DNA from: Edaphobacter aggregans
Lineage (GTDB): Bacteria; Acidobacteriota; Terriglobia; Terriglobales; Acidobacteriaceae
Direction: 5' to 3'
DNA: 32,000 bases
Assembly (NCBI RefSeq): GCF_003945235.1
Contig: NZ_RSDW01000001.1
Location: 5,190,001 to 5,222,000 of the forward strand
The notes under the pieces were generated by a model. The model saw only the letters and a program-made list of their open reading frames with translations, ran no database searches and was not told the DNA's origin. Made by a program: the position numbers and the translations under genes. Shown here one piece after another: positions 15,536-22,581 of this stretch (the first letter of the stretch is position 1; each line of letters begins with the position of its first letter).

Positions 15536-15874
15536 ATGAATTCCCATAAAGCCGCAAAGGTAGCCAAAGTATTTCTGATCGGTCTCGTTGCCGTAACGGT
15601 GTTCGGCTTCGTTGTCAAAGGATTGTGGAATGCCCTGATCCCAGAGATCTTCGGCTGGCACATGATCACGTTCTGGCAGGCAATCGGCCTTATCGTTCTC
15701 AGCAAAATTCTCTTTGGCGGCTTCCATCGGCACGGCGGAGGCGACCGCAGGCATTGGAAGAACCGCATGAAAGAACGCTGGGAGAGCATGACTCCCGACG
15801 AGCGCGAGAAGTTTCAGCAGGGCATGCGCTGCGGACGCAGACCCTTTGCCACTCCAGCAGGACCACAGGCTTAG
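15536..15874 (+). CDS. Small two-TM membrane protein with a His/Gly/Arg-rich tail; a possible sigma-factor partner of unknown function
   Basis: The ORF track starts at TTG 15512. I prefer ATG 15536, with AAGGAG 6 nt upstream and 10 nt after the sigma stop. Two hydrophobic helices are present (VFLIGLVAVTVFGFVV and FWQAIGLIVLSKILFGGF). The tail is HRHGGGDRRHWKNRMKERWESMTPDEREKFQQGM. No zf-HC2 or RskA anti-sigma motif is present. Confidence 0.6.
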   Translation: MNSHKAAKVAKVFLIGLVAVTVFGFVVKGLWNALIPEIFGWHMITFWQAIGLIVLSKILFGGFHRHGGGDRRHWKNRMKERWESMTPDEREKFQQGMRCGRRPFATPAGPQA

Positions 15875-15912
15875 GACCTGCAACCAATCATCAAACCGAA
15901 TCAGGAGCACCC

Positions 15913-16101
15913 ATGAATTCCGCTGAAGAAAGGGAAGAGCCCAGGCCTCCGTTATCCAGGCCGGTAGAATCCGGCAGAGACGTTTCGTTCAGCCGACCCG
16001 ATAGCCACCGCATCGCCGAACTAGAGCTTGAAAATTTGCGATTGCACAGGCTGGTTGCCGAACTTCTCCTAAAAAACCAGCAGTTGCGCAAAGTCGACTA
16101 A
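15913..16101 (+). CDS. Hypothetical 62-aa protein with a C-terminal heptad/leucine-zipper-like helix
   Basis: ATG 15913 has AGGAG (15903-15907) 5 nt upstream. It is the distal part of track ORF 15625..16101, whose 5' part overlaps the previous gene out of frame. The sequence is MNSAEEREEPRPPLSRPVESGRDVSFSRPDSHRIAELELENLRLHRLVAELLLKNQQLRKVD. Its codon usage (agg, aga, tta, cta, ttg, cga, gta) is unlike the strongly C-ending neighbours, which lowers confidence that it is translated. Confidence 0.4.
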   Translation: MNSAEEREEPRPPLSRPVESGRDVSFSRPDSHRIAELELENLRLHRLVAELLLKNQQLRKVD

Positions 16102-16177
16102 TCGACGGCTACGAAGCGTTCAAGCAACCTCAATCAAAACAGCAAAATCTAAATAGGGGCTAAATAAGGAGATACAC

Positions 16178-17602
16178 ATGCTCCTGCAGACCCTGCGGAA
16201 GTCCTCCGCTCTTGCTCTGTTCCCCGTCCTGTCCTTCCTAATTAGCTGCAACTCCAAACCCACAGCCGAATCTTCGATCTCGCCTGCCGAGGCACGCCAG
16301 ATCGCCAAAGAGGCCTACATCTACGGATTCCCGATGGCCGCCAACTACCAGACCATGTACAAGCAAGCCATCGACACCTCCAGTCGCGACTACCGCGGAA
16401 CTTTCAACACCCTCAACAGCTCCAAATCCGTCGCCACCCCTGAAGACAAATTCGTCGTCACCCCCAACTCCGACACCCCCTACTCCTACCTCTGGATGGA
16501 CCTCCGCGCCGAGCCCGTCATCATCAACATGCCGCGCATCGAGCCCGACCGCTACTACACCGGCCAAATGGTCGATCTCTACACCTATAACTTCGCCTAC
16601 CTCGGCACCCGCGCCTACGGCAACGACGGCGGAACCTTCATGATCGTCGGCCCCAACTGGAACGGCCCAACGCCGCCGGGTATCAAGGACGTCATCCACT
16701 CCGAGACCGAGTTCGCGTATCTCCTCTTCCGCACCCAGCTCTTCAACGCGGCTGATCTTCCCAAGGTCAACAAAATCCAGTCCGGATACCACGTCCAGCT
16801 TCTCAGCGAATTCCTCCACCAACCCGCACCCCCGGCTGCACCCGCCGTCAACTGGCCAAAGCCAGCCGACATCGCGACCCCCTCCGCCGATATCTTCCCG
16901 ATCGTCAACTTCGTCTTCCAATACGCCCCGGCCAACCCGTCGGAAAAAGAATTTCTGACACGCTTCGCCAAAATCAACGTCGGCCCCGGCCAGACCTTCA
17001 ACTTCAGCAGCTTCTCCCCTGAGATGCAACAAGCCATCAACGACGGCATCAAGGACGCCACCGCCGACGCTGCCGCCCTCCAGAAGAAGGTTGACGCCGA
17101 CCAAGTCTCCAGTGGAGATATGTTTGGCACCCGCGCCTTCCTCAAGGACAACTACCTCTATCGCTACTTCGGGGCCAAGATGGGCCTCTACGGCAACTCG
17201 AAACAGGACGCCATCTACTTCGGTTATTTCGTCGACGGCAACCACCAGCCTCTCGATGCCTCAAAATCCAGCTACGAACTCCACTTTCCCAAGGGCACCC
17301 TCCCCCCGAATAAGGCCTTCTGGTCCCTCACGATGTACGACGGCAAGACCCAGTTCCTCGTAGAGAACCCTCTCAAGCGTTACCTCCTCAACTCCACCAC
17401 GCTCAAGTCCTACAAATACGGCCCTGACGGCTCCCTGACCCTCTACCTCTCCCACGACAACCCCGGCCCCACCAAGCAATCCAACTGGCTGCCCGCGCCC
17501 GACGGCCCTTTCTACTCCGTCCTTCGCGTCTATATGCCCGGCGATTCGGTCCTCGACGGCACCTGGAAGAAGCCCCCGTTGCAGCCTGTTTCAATGAAGT
17601 AG
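16178..17602 (+). CDS. DUF1254/DUF1214 domain lipoprotein (paralogue 1)
   Basis: 474 aa with AAGGAG upstream. The lipoprotein signal is MLLQTLRKSSALALFPVLSFLISC. The DUF1254-type block is AKEAYIYGFPMAANYQTMY...TPNSDTPYS. The DUF1214-type block is AIYFGYFVDGNHQPLDASKSSYELHFPKGTLPPNKAFWSLTMYD...NWLPAPDGPFYSVLRVYMP. Confidence 0.85.
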   Translation: MLLQTLRKSSALALFPVLSFLISCNSKPTAESSISPAEARQIAKEAYIYGFPMAANYQTMYKQAIDTSSRDYRGTFNTLNSSKSVATPEDKFVVTPNSDTPYSYLWMDLRAEPVIINMPRIEPDRYYTGQMVDLYTYNFAYLGTRAYGNDGGTFMIVGPNWNGPTPPGIKDVIHSETEFAYLLFRTQLFNAADLPKVNKIQSGYHVQLLSEFLHQPAPPAAPAVNWPKPADIATPSADIFPIVNFVFQYAPANPSEKEFLTRFAKINVGPGQTFNFSSFSPEMQQAINDGIKDATADAAALQKKVDADQVSSGDMFGTRAFLKDNYLYRYFGAKMGLYGNSKQDAIYFGYFVDGNHQPLDASKSSYELHFPKGTLPPNKAFWSLTMYDGKTQFLVENPLKRYLLNSTTLKSYKYGPDGSLTLYLSHDNPGPTKQSNWLPAPDGPFYSVLRVYMPGDSVLDGTWKKPPLQPVSMK

Positions 17603-17635
17603 GAGGCCGTCTGTAAGCACGTCAGGAGATAGCAA

Positions 17636-19084
17636 ATGCAGAAGCTATTGACGATGGCCCTCTTTCTCGCTTCCTCCTTCGCCGGAAGTCAGCAAAAAAA
17701 TCCTCCGCTTCCCCCGCAGGGAGACAAGCCAATGACCAATTCCGATCAGCTAGCCGAGCGCACCCTCCACGCCCGCGCCGTCCAGGCCGTCATCTGGGGC
17801 ATGCCCGCCGTCAACTACGACCTCATGCTTCAGGAGATGCTCACCAAGACCACCGGCAAAGTCGGCCAAGTCATCTACTGGGGACGCCCACTCGACTACC
17901 GCAACCAGACCCTCACCCCCAACCCCGATGCCCTCTACTTCATCGTCTTCGTCAATACCAAGGACGGCCCCGTCGTCCTCGACCTGCCTCCCGGCGACGA
18001 CAACGGCTCCTTCAACGGCAACATCGTCACCCTTTGGCAGATGCCCCTCGCCGACGCCGGCCTCCTCGGCACCGACAAAGGCAAGGGCGGCAAATATCTC
18101 ATCCTGCCACCAGGCTACAAAGACAAGATCCCCGACGGATACATCCCCCTTCAGTCCGATACCTTCGGCAACTACATGCTCTTCCGCGCCAACTTTAAGA
18201 GCCATGCTGACGCCGACGTTCAGGCCTCCATCGACTATGGCAAGCGCATGAAGGTCTACCCCCTCTCCGCCGCCGCGCATCCTCCCGAAACCATCTTCAC
18301 TGACGTCAAGGACATCGACTTCGACTCCACCATTCAGTACGACGCCCGCTTCTTCGACCACCTTAACAACATCATCCAGTCCGAGCCCTGGATCGACCGC
18401 GACCGCGTCATGATCGACCAGCTCAAATCACTCGGCATCGAAAAGGGCAAACCCTTCCAGCCTACCGAGCAGATGAAGTCCATCTTCAACTCCTCCACCC
18501 AAGACGCACGCGCCTTCCTCTACGCAAAATACGACCAAGGCTTGCCGCCCTTCTTCTCGCCCACCAGCCACTGGATGTTCCCCACCTATCCTGACTTGGT
18601 AAAGGCGGTGCAGGTCGGCTATGCCGATCTCAACACCTATCCTGTCGACGAGCGCGCTGTCGGCTATAGCTACGCCTTCATCGCCATCAAAAATCTAGGC
18701 GCCGGCCAGATGTACCTCATCTCCATCAAGGACAAGGATGGCAATCCCTTCGACGGTTCGAAGACCTACAAACAAACCGTCCCACCCAACGCACCCGTCA
18801 AACAGTACTGGTCTCTCACCGCCTACGACCGCGAACTCCACACGCTCATCAAGGGCGTCAACCGCGCCAGCCGCTCCTCCCAGATCCCCGAACTCCAGAA
18901 AAACCCTGACGGCTCCGTCGACCTCTACATCGGCCCCAAAGCCCCCGATGGCAAGGACAGCAACTGGATTCCCACGGACCCCAATCGCAAATTCGAACTC
19001 ATGTTCCGTGCTTACGCACCTACGTCGGCCCTCTTCGAGAAAACCTGGGTGCTCCCAGACGTCGAAAAAGTTGCAGCTCAGTGA
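17636..19084 (+). CDS. DUF1254/DUF1214 domain secreted protein (paralogue 2)
   Basis: 482 aa with a Sec signal (MQKLLTMALFLASSFAGS). Characteristic blocks are AVQAVIWGMPAVNYDLM, TPNPDALY, GKGGKYLILPPGYKDKIPDGY, VKQYWSLTAYD and NWIPTDPNRKFELMFRAYAP. Confidence 0.85.
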   Translation: MQKLLTMALFLASSFAGSQQKNPPLPPQGDKPMTNSDQLAERTLHARAVQAVIWGMPAVNYDLMLQEMLTKTTGKVGQVIYWGRPLDYRNQTLTPNPDALYFIVFVNTKDGPVVLDLPPGDDNGSFNGNIVTLWQMPLADAGLLGTDKGKGGKYLILPPGYKDKIPDGYIPLQSDTFGNYMLFRANFKSHADADVQASIDYGKRMKVYPLSAAAHPPETIFTDVKDIDFDSTIQYDARFFDHLNNIIQSEPWIDRDRVMIDQLKSLGIEKGKPFQPTEQMKSIFNSSTQDARAFLYAKYDQGLPPFFSPTSHWMFPTYPDLVKAVQVGYADLNTYPVDERAVGYSYAFIAIKNLGAGQMYLISIKDKDGNPFDGSKTYKQTVPPNAPVKQYWSLTAYDRELHTLIKGVNRASRSSQIPELQKNPDGSVDLYIGPKAPDGKDSNWIPTDPNRKFELMFRAYAPTSALFEKTWVLPDVEKVAAQ

Positions 19085-19101
19085 TATGACAAGGGAAAAA
19101 T

Positions 19102-20574
19102 ATGCAAACGCGAACGCCAAGACTCACAACTCTTCTAATCGTCGGACTTCTGACGGGGTGCCAACAGCAGCAGAAGGTTAGCGAGCAGGGAACAACACCG
19201 ACTACGGAATATGTCTTCGAGCGCGGTTTTCCAACCTCCGACACCGCACAGAAGGCATACGACGCCGCCGACCTCAATCGCGCCATCGAGGCCTATAAGT
19301 TCTTCTATCCGTCCGTATCCATCCTCGCCACCTGGAAGGGCAACGAGGCAGCGGGCGTGGTGACCAATAAGTCCTTCCTGATCCTGCAGGGAAGCCCGCA
19401 CCAACTGGTGTTTACACCTAACTCCGACACGCCTTATGCAGGAGCCAACATCGATCTATCATCCGGTCCGATGGTGGTGGAGTTGCCGCCCGGTCCCTTG
19501 ATGTGTGTGGCGAATGATCTCAATCAACGCTATGTCATGGATATGGGCATCCCCGGCCCGGATGCAGGCAAGGGCGGAAAGCATCTCCTCATACCTCCCG
19601 GCTATAAAGGCAAGATTCCGGCCGGATACTTTACGGGCACACCCACCACGAATCGCGTCCTGTTTATGGTTCGCGTGATCCCGCCCGGAGGAAATGTGCA
19701 GGCAGGCATCGACATGCTGAAAACCGTGAAGATCCATCCGCTGAACGGGCCCGCGGTTTGGCCTGTGACGTGGTCGGAGATTGGCGACCGTTCGCAGGAT
19801 TTCACGCCCGTCCGATGGGAAAGGAACCTCGACTATTGGAAGCAACTCGCCGAGCTCATCAATCAGGAACCTGCCTACGAGGCCTACCGCATGAACTACG
19901 GCCAACTAGCAAGTCTCGGCATCGAAAAAGGAAAGCCATTCAATCCCGACGCTCGCATGCAGGGCATCCTCGTCAAGGCCGCACAAATTGCTAATGACCA
20001 GATGCGCGTGCAGTCCTTCGCCGACCGCCGACCCGACCGCGTCGCCTGGCCTGACCGCAAGTGGGAGTGGGCAAGTCTGCGTCCCGAGAACGGCACCTTC
20101 GATCTGCCTACCGCCAAGGACCTTGAAGCACGCGATAAGTGGTTCTATCAGGCACAGATCGAATCGCCTGCCATGTTCCGCCGCACCCCCGCAGCCGGTT
20201 CCCTTTACTGGCTCGGCACACGCGACGGCAGCGGCGCATTTCTCGATGGTGGAAAAACCTACAAGCTGACAGTTCCGCAGCCTGTCCCCGCTAAGCTCTT
20301 CTGGTCGGTGACGGTCTACGATCCTGACTCCCGCAGCGAGATCGTTACGGACACCTACAAGGCCGCCTTGCGCTCACTCTACGAACTGAAGGACACTTCA
20401 AGCGCCCCATCGGTCGAGCTCTACTTCGGCCCGACGGCTCCTGCCGGTCACGAAGCCCAATGGATTAAGACCATTCCCGGAAAGGGATGGTTCACCTACT
20501 TCCGAGTCTATGGCCCCGAACAGGCAGCCTTCGACGGAAGCTGGAAGCCGGGTGATTTCGAAGAGGTTAAATGA
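19102..20574 (+). CDS. DUF1254/DUF1214 domain lipoprotein (paralogue 3)
   Basis: 490 aa. The lipoprotein signal is MQTRTPRLTTLLIVGLLTGC. Characteristic blocks are TPNSDTPYAG, GKGGKHLLIPPGYKGKIPAGY, AKLFWSVTVYD and QWIKTIPGKGWFTYFRVYGP. Confidence 0.85.
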   Translation: MQTRTPRLTTLLIVGLLTGCQQQQKVSEQGTTPTTEYVFERGFPTSDTAQKAYDAADLNRAIEAYKFFYPSVSILATWKGNEAAGVVTNKSFLILQGSPHQLVFTPNSDTPYAGANIDLSSGPMVVELPPGPLMCVANDLNQRYVMDMGIPGPDAGKGGKHLLIPPGYKGKIPAGYFTGTPTTNRVLFMVRVIPPGGNVQAGIDMLKTVKIHPLNGPAVWPVTWSEIGDRSQDFTPVRWERNLDYWKQLAELINQEPAYEAYRMNYGQLASLGIEKGKPFNPDARMQGILVKAAQIANDQMRVQSFADRRPDRVAWPDRKWEWASLRPENGTFDLPTAKDLEARDKWFYQAQIESPAMFRRTPAAGSLYWLGTRDGSGAFLDGGKTYKLTVPQPVPAKLFWSVTVYDPDSRSEIVTDTYKAALRSLYELKDTSSAPSVELYFGPTAPAGHEAQWIKTIPGKGWFTYFRVYGPEQAAFDGSWKPGDFEEVK

Positions 20575-20735
20575 CCGATAACTTCCTACAGTAGAGGTGC
20601 TTACAGGATTTTTGGTCCGAAATCTCCAGCAAAACGCATGTCAAGAGGCGCAACCAAATAAAGCATTCATAATCAATAATATGCACCAGTAAAGTAATTA
20701 GCCTTGATTCGATAGAATAGAACCAGAAATGAAAA

Positions 20736-20803
20736 AGACAGAACCCCGGATCGTATCAGGGGTTCTGTCTTTAAGTCCAGGTCGGAAGTCCAGACCTGGA
20801 CTT
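20736..20803. terminator. Two tandem perfect hairpins between convergent operons
   Basis: Hairpin 1 is AGACAGAACCCC (20736-20747) / GGGGTTCTGTCT (20759-20770), a 12-bp stem. It is flanked by AAAAA on the plus strand, which gives a T-run for the minus-strand transcript. Hairpin 2 is AAGTCCAGGTC (20773-20783) / GACCTGGACTT (20793-20803), an 11-bp stem. Confidence 0.75.
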
Positions 20804-20847
20804 TCTGTTATGAAGACTTTGCGTGCTTTAGGTAGGGTAAGGAGGTA

Positions 20848-22260
20848 CTACTGATGCCAGTGCATCCCCCACCCAAGATACTTGCTTGCCGCCTCATAGA
20901 CCGGGGCGGCGGTCGTTGAGAAGTTCGCCGCCACATGGTGCTCAAAGCCGTTCTCGCAGATGTATCGCAATAGCTCCTGCATCTTCGGAATCTCGACCAC
21001 GCCAGCGCCGCCAAACGTATGCAGCGGATCGTTGGTAAACGCGCCCTCGCCGACATAGCCGGTAATCTGCCCAGTGAAGTCGTTGGTCGAAAACCGGGCA
21101 AAGCTCATCGCCCCGGCCTTCACCGTCCCATCCAGCGTCCCGTGCGTATTCTCCTTGCCCACGGTGCCGGCAATAATCTGCTGGAAGTCCATCTTCACGC
21201 CTTCATTGAAAAAGTGCTTAGGAAGATTCGAGCAGTGGAAGCAAACCGCCTTATCGGGATTGTCACCATAGTTGTTGTTCCAGTCGAGCAGGGCGCTCGG
21301 AGTCTCACTCGCCAGCGTCAGCGCATACATGCTCAGCGTACCCAGAACATCGACCTCGCAAGCCGACGGAATCAGGCTCTCGCTCATCATGCTCATGACG
21401 GTGCAAGGAACAATCCCGAGAAACTCCTCAATCGAGGTCCAGCACTGCACAGCGCTGACCGTCAGTTCGCTCGCCGCCATCCAATGATCGATCACAGCGC
21501 CGAGCTTCGCCATCTTCATCAGCGCCGCATCGGGAGTTTCGCCGATGGGAATGTACTTCTTGATCGCCGCCAGCTTGGCCTGCGCCGCATCGTCGTTATC
21601 GTTCATCCGGCCAATCCGGCCCATAACCTCGCTCAGATCGAGCGTCTCAACCGTAATGCCCGACTTCTCCAGCAGCTTCTCCGAGTACCGAACCGTATTG
21701 AACGCCGTAGGCCGAGCCCCAATCGCCCCAATACGAAGGTTCTTCAGCCCTTTCACGATCCGGCACACAGCACTGAACCACTCAAGGTCAGCCTTGAACT
21801 CCTCTGAGTCCGGAGCCTCCGTATGCAACCGCGTCAGCGAATAGGGGATGCCGTACTGCTTCAAGTTGTTACAAATCGACATCTTTCCGCAGAAGCTGTC
21901 GCGGCGGAAAGCAATCGTCATCTTGCCCGCATGATCAGGCGTCGCCTGGATCAGCACCGGAACTCGCAGGTCCGCCAACCTCAACGCATCTGCAAGCCCA
22001 CGCTCTTCGCCAAAGTTCGGCAGCGTAATGATGATGCCGTCGATCTCAGTAGCATGCTTCTTGAACAGAGCCGCGCACTTCTTCGCGTCCTCGTAGCTCT
22101 CCACCGCCCCATGCGCCGTCTCCTCCGGAGTCAACACAATCGGCTTGATCCCGGCCGCCTCAAGAGCCGCAATCATCTCCAGGCGCCCACTCGTCGCGAG
22201 GTGGCTCGGAAAAAATCCACGGTTGCCCACGATCACACCCAACGTCATCTGCTTAGCCAT
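20848..22260 (-). CDS. L-fucose/L-arabinose isomerase-family protein (COG2407-like); substrate unknown
   Basis: The track ORF is 20848..22305. I prefer ATG 22260 (MAKQMTLGVIVGNRGFFPSHL..., GGAG 7 nt upstream), giving ~470 aa. That is shorter than canonical FucI and resembles the fucose-isomerase-like family seen next to sugar transporters. Confidence 0.65.
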   Translation of the reverse strand: MAKQMTLGVIVGNRGFFPSHLATSGRLEMIAALEAAGIKPIVLTPEETAHGAVESYEDAKKCAALFKKHATEIDGIIITLPNFGEERGLADALRLADLRVPVLIQATPDHAGKMTIAFRRDSFCGKMSICNNLKQYGIPYSLTRLHTEAPDSEEFKADLEWFSAVCRIVKGLKNLRIGAIGARPTAFNTVRYSEKLLEKSGITVETLDLSEVMGRIGRMNDNDDAAQAKLAAIKKYIPIGETPDAALMKMAKLGAVIDHWMAASELTVSAVQCWTSIEEFLGIVPCTVMSMMSESLIPSACEVDVLGTLSMYALTLASETPSALLDWNNNYGDNPDKAVCFHCSNLPKHFFNEGVKMDFQQIIAGTVGKENTHGTLDGTVKAGAMSFARFSTNDFTGQITGYVGEGAFTNDPLHTFGGAGVVEIPKMQELLRYICENGFEHHVAANFSTTAAPVYEAASKYLGWGMHWHQ

Positions 22261-22340
22261 TACAAATCTCCAAATCAGTTTGGGACCTGCATCCAGGTCA
22301 GTCAATCAGGCCGGTCGAAAATCACTCGGCCACGCGCACG

Positions 22341-22574
22341 CTAGAACAACTTATGGCTTGGGCGAAACCGTATCGTGTAGAACCCGCCAAACAACGTCAG
22401 CAATACGCCCCACCACAGGGTGGGTCGCAACTCTGCCAGCACTGTAGGCGGAGGGTTATGAAGCTCCATAATCCCCGTGACTACAAGTACTAGCCCATAC
22501 GCCAGCATCAAAATTCCGCAGAAGAACCAGATCGACAACTCTGCCGTTTCCACATCACGTTTTTCCGTCATCAT
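22341..22574 (-). CDS. Small (77 aa) two-TM membrane protein translationally coupled to the symporter
   Basis: The sequence is MMTEKRDVETAELSIWFFCGILMLAYGLVLVVTGIMELHNPPPTVLAELRPTLWWGVLLTLFGGFYTIRF. The start lies 7 nt after the symporter stop, and a GGAG overlaps that stop (tAGGAGctagATG). Confidence 0.6.
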   Translation of the reverse strand: MMTEKRDVETAELSIWFFCGILMLAYGLVLVVTGIMELHNPPPTVLAELRPTLWWGVLLTLFGGFYTIRFRPSHKLF

Positions 22575-22581
22575 CTAGCTC

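Noticed and set aside
14875-15789. 304-aa minus-strand ORF spanning the sigma gene
   Set aside because: It is antisense to a clear ECF sigma factor and to the downstream membrane gene. It has no motifs and would also run across the divergent promoter region.
15625-15912. 5' two-thirds of track ORF 15625..16101
   Set aside because: It overlaps the 2-TM protein gene out of frame and is Arg-rich. Only the distal part, from ATG 15913 with its own AGGAG, is plausible, and even that is low confidence.
16238-17245. 335-aa minus-strand ORF (plus 16615..17151 and 17750..18361)
   Set aside because: These are antisense to the DUF1254/DUF1214 genes. Their Gly/Val/Asp/Glu-rich composition comes from reading C-ending codons backwards. 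No start context or motifs are present.
22300-22340. Possible sigma54 (-24/-12) promoter upstream of the isomerase gene (minus strand TGGCCG-AGTGA-TTTTCG), and a similar look upstream of the symporter (24310-24480)
   Set aside because: The GG element is present, but the invariant GC of the -12 element is TT/TC at the required spacing. No TGGCAC-N5-TTGC match was found in the other intergenic regions either.
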